Source: Amoebidium appalachense (lineage: Eukaryota > Protista > Ichthyosporea). From it: a stretch of DNA of 64,000 nt. Position 1 is the stretch's first letter. Each line of letters begins with the position of its first letter. The position numbers and the translations under genes were made by a program. Below are positions 61,166 to 64,000 of this stretch, one piece after another. The stretch is taken from contig CAVNZM010000007.1 in NCBI GenBank assembly GCA_963693365.1, forward strand, positions 3,344,670 to 3,408,669, read 5' to 3'. Below the pieces are notes generated by a model, which saw only the letters and a program-made list of their open reading frames with translations, was not told the origin of the DNA and made no database searches.

Positions 61166-62335
61166 TGTACATTTTAATGTTTTAATAGCAAACAGTTGTT
61201 GAAAACAAATTGAGTAAAAAACACAACTAAATCAACTCAGTAATGTGAATATGACATTTGGGGCGAGTGTACTAGAAGGGTTTGTGGCTGATAATGATTA
61301 TTTTTTTACACTAGAGCTAGGGTGATTCAAGCTGGGCGGTGGTCATTGGTATTTTTTTTATTATTTGTTTTTTTCCCACATTTACACACAAAGTAATAAA
61401 TCGAATAGAATACAAAAACAACTAAGAAGAAAAAAACGCATACAACCTTCACTTGGCCCACACACACACATTCACACACACACAAACATGCACACACACA
61501 CACACACACATAGACGTTGAGGTTTTATTTGTGGAAATTATTGACATAAATATTTTTCTGGGTAAACACGTAGGATGGGTGTTCGATACCAACATAACCA
61601 TGTAGGCTTCATTTCGTGTTTTAGCAGTTAGCGGTTGGCTGCCCGCACACGGGCACCTATTAGCCAGTCAAAACATCAGATACCACAGATCACTAGACCG
61701 AGTTATGATTGGCTCGGATCAGATTTCACATATCACTAGATCGATTTTTGATTGGTTCAGATCGGTAGGCTTAGGTATATAAGCACGACAGTTTTTAGCA
61801 GATCAGCAAGCTACAAACACATCTTCTGTGTTTAGCATCCACAGCCTTACAGCTATATATTCCTTTTCACCCACCCACCTACACCCACACACAACCCCCA
61901 TTGATCCACACATATGTGCTGTTTTTTCACGGGGCGAAGCCTTCCCCCGTTTTTTGGGCACATGGACCTCACGGATCAATAAATTGATGACTGGGGGCTT
62001 GCCGTGGTTTACAACCATTGCAGGTTCACTTTCGTCCAAGGGGATGTCCCCCTAGAGGCAACACACGTCCCGGAGTAGTTTTTCATAGAACACAATGAAA
62101 GGAAATATATCTAGAAAACACGGGTGCCATGATTGCAGTCACTGAGTATGAAAAGCTAAAAAACAAATTTGTGGGGGCAGGGAATGGGAAGAGGGTCGGG
62201 GGGGGGGGGGGGGGGGGGATGCTTTGAAGTAAACTGAGAATAGTATAATTGCAGTACTGACTTGTGAGCATGGTATATTGACAGACACCGTAGAATGATG
62301 GTTTTATGTTCGGGAACATTTCGGGGGGGTGGGCA
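59106..62335. repeat. Diverged tandem duplication of a non-coding unit: 59106-60158 versus 60630-61520 + 62090-62335
   Basis: Colinear sequence, with the about 200-bp repeat family between the copies (60320-60630). Confidence 0.85.
61521..62089 (+). mobile_element. Solo Ngaro terminal unit (A-spacer-B)
   Basis: GGTTTTATTTG...TTTTCATAGA. Empty site GACGTTGA/ACACAATG at 59909/59910 in the paralogous unit. Confidence 0.9.
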
Positions 62336-63093
62336 GACTTCATTGAAATATGTTGCCCACCTGGCACTCAGTGCACGTGGAAAGTTTTATTGCCTGCCAT
62401 GCATATCATAAAGGGGGTTACCAAACAGTTCTGTAAAATAAGTAAAACAACAAGATAATTATAATATTATAAAACTTTTGCAAGCAATTTAGAACATATT
62501 GCACTTGCCGTTGGTTTTCGCTACTGTAACATGTTTTTGGAGGACCACAAGTAAACTTGGTACTTCGGCAATGGCAATCTCTCCCTAGACTGATAACACA
62601 GTGTCGCAGGGAAAGGGGGGGGGGGGGGAATGGGGGGGGGGGGGGGCAGGGGGGGTTTAAATGAAAGGGAAAAGGGTCATAACATTTGGCAGATCCGGTA
62701 ACTGCAGGATTGGGGGGGGGGGGGGGGAGCGTGAGGCGGGGGGGCCAGGGGGAGGGGGGGGGGGAAGCGTGAGGCGGGGGGGCCAGGGGAGGGGGGGGGG
62801 GAGGGGGGGGAGGGAGGTAACAACCACACAACCCAACATCAATAACTGTCTCGTTATGTTTTGGCGCCGGCGACAGCCGGCGCACAGACCTCCTTGTATG
62901 ATAATGAACACGTGTACTTAAAGTAGTTATATAATTATGAGCGGCCCGTTACAAATACAGTGACGAAAAACAGTGACCCACGAGCAGTTTTTCTTTCTAT
63001 CCCCCCCCCCCCCCCCCCCCCCTGCCCCACTCACACACACACACACCAGACACACACACCACCACCACGGTGACCACCACCACCACCACCATC

Positions 63094-63124
<31 letters not shown>

Positions 63125-63978
63125 AAAAAAAAAAAAAACAACAACACACATACGTGCACGTGTACACACACACACAGAACACCACCACCACCTCCACTGG
63201 ACCCCATTTCCTCGTTGTTTTCTTAAGCCTTCAGACCAGTCCTGTACACTGGAGTTAAAAAATTGAATTCACTTAGGCTGACATGCATCCACCCCCGCCT
63301 TCCACTTCCCTCCCCCCCTCCCCCCCCCCCACCCCTCCCCCTCAATGAAGAAGGGCCCCCGTAAGCCTTTGGGGGGGGGGGGGGGGGGGGGAAGGGGAAG
63401 GGGGGAGCTCTCGATCCTCCGGGTAGGGAAGTGGGGTCCGGGGATCCGGAGAGGGGGGGGGGGGGGGGGAAGGGGCATAATATTGGGCCTAGATACCATA
63501 GTATGGGGCCCCGGGGGAGGGAGAGGTCGGAGGGGGGGGGGGGGGGGAGGATCCACGGGAAAGACCTTTAGGTGTATGTTCTTATTTATAACCCCCTTCG
63601 AATCATCCCCCTCCCTCCCCCCCCCCCCCCCCCCCCCTGAGTGCAGGCGTTGACGTAGCTACGGTAACCCTGCAGTAGGCAACAAAACTTTATTAATTAC
63701 TAGCACTGTACATGTGTTCACAGTGCAACTTGCACCATGTATGATCTCAGAAACTTTAAAGTAGTCACAAATTTTAGTTATTTTCATTATTTTCATTGCT
63801 CTGAACTCTCTGAAACGATCATCGTGCATGTGCCGCAAGATAACAACCCAATATGTGTGCAGCTGCAGCCTGCAGGTTAGACTCGCTGAAAAGACAATTG
63901 TCAGTGTGCATCCGACACTTGCAGCTGCAGCTAGCCTCTGCAATATTAACACTTGCCAAGTGAATGCTCTTACACTTG

Positions 63979-64000
63979 GGTTTTATTTGTGGAATTTATT
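63979..64000 (+). mobile_element. Start of another Ngaro A repeat running off the window
   Basis: GGTTTTATTTGTGGAATTTATT is identical to 12011-12032. Confidence 0.8.

Overview
Eukaryotic, TE-dense window with spliceosomal GT-AG introns, CTAAC/CTAAT branch sites, long poly-C/G and (CA)n tracts; the organism cannot be determined from sequence alone. 1-4105 holds the last 7 exons of a host gene encoding SdrD-B/CarboxypepD_reg-like beta-sandwich repeats plus a C-terminal EGF-like domain. 4919-9640 is a decayed RNase H-bearing LINE containing a captured glutamine-rich fragment. 12011-59105 can be read, from matching junctions and TSDs, as one 47-kb nest. A Ngaro-type tyrosine-recombinase retrotransposon (A1-gag-RT/RH-YR-B1-A2-B2) is split by a Copia element (17103-57974, TSD GCAGG). 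That Copia holds a second Copia family, a non-autonomous LTR element, a Ngaro fragment and a putative CMC/EnSpm-like DNA element. The DNA element in turn carries an orphan spliced gene, two LINE copies, a MITE, a young Copia and another Ngaro. Main observation: the Ngaro RT/RH and YR ORFs lack their own ATG, but each is preceded by a branch point and 3' splice site in exactly the phase of a single 5' splice site inside gag, in both near-complete copies. This suggests Gag, GagN-RT/RH and GagN-YR are made by alternative splicing. All coordinates and comparisons were read by eye; no database searches were run.
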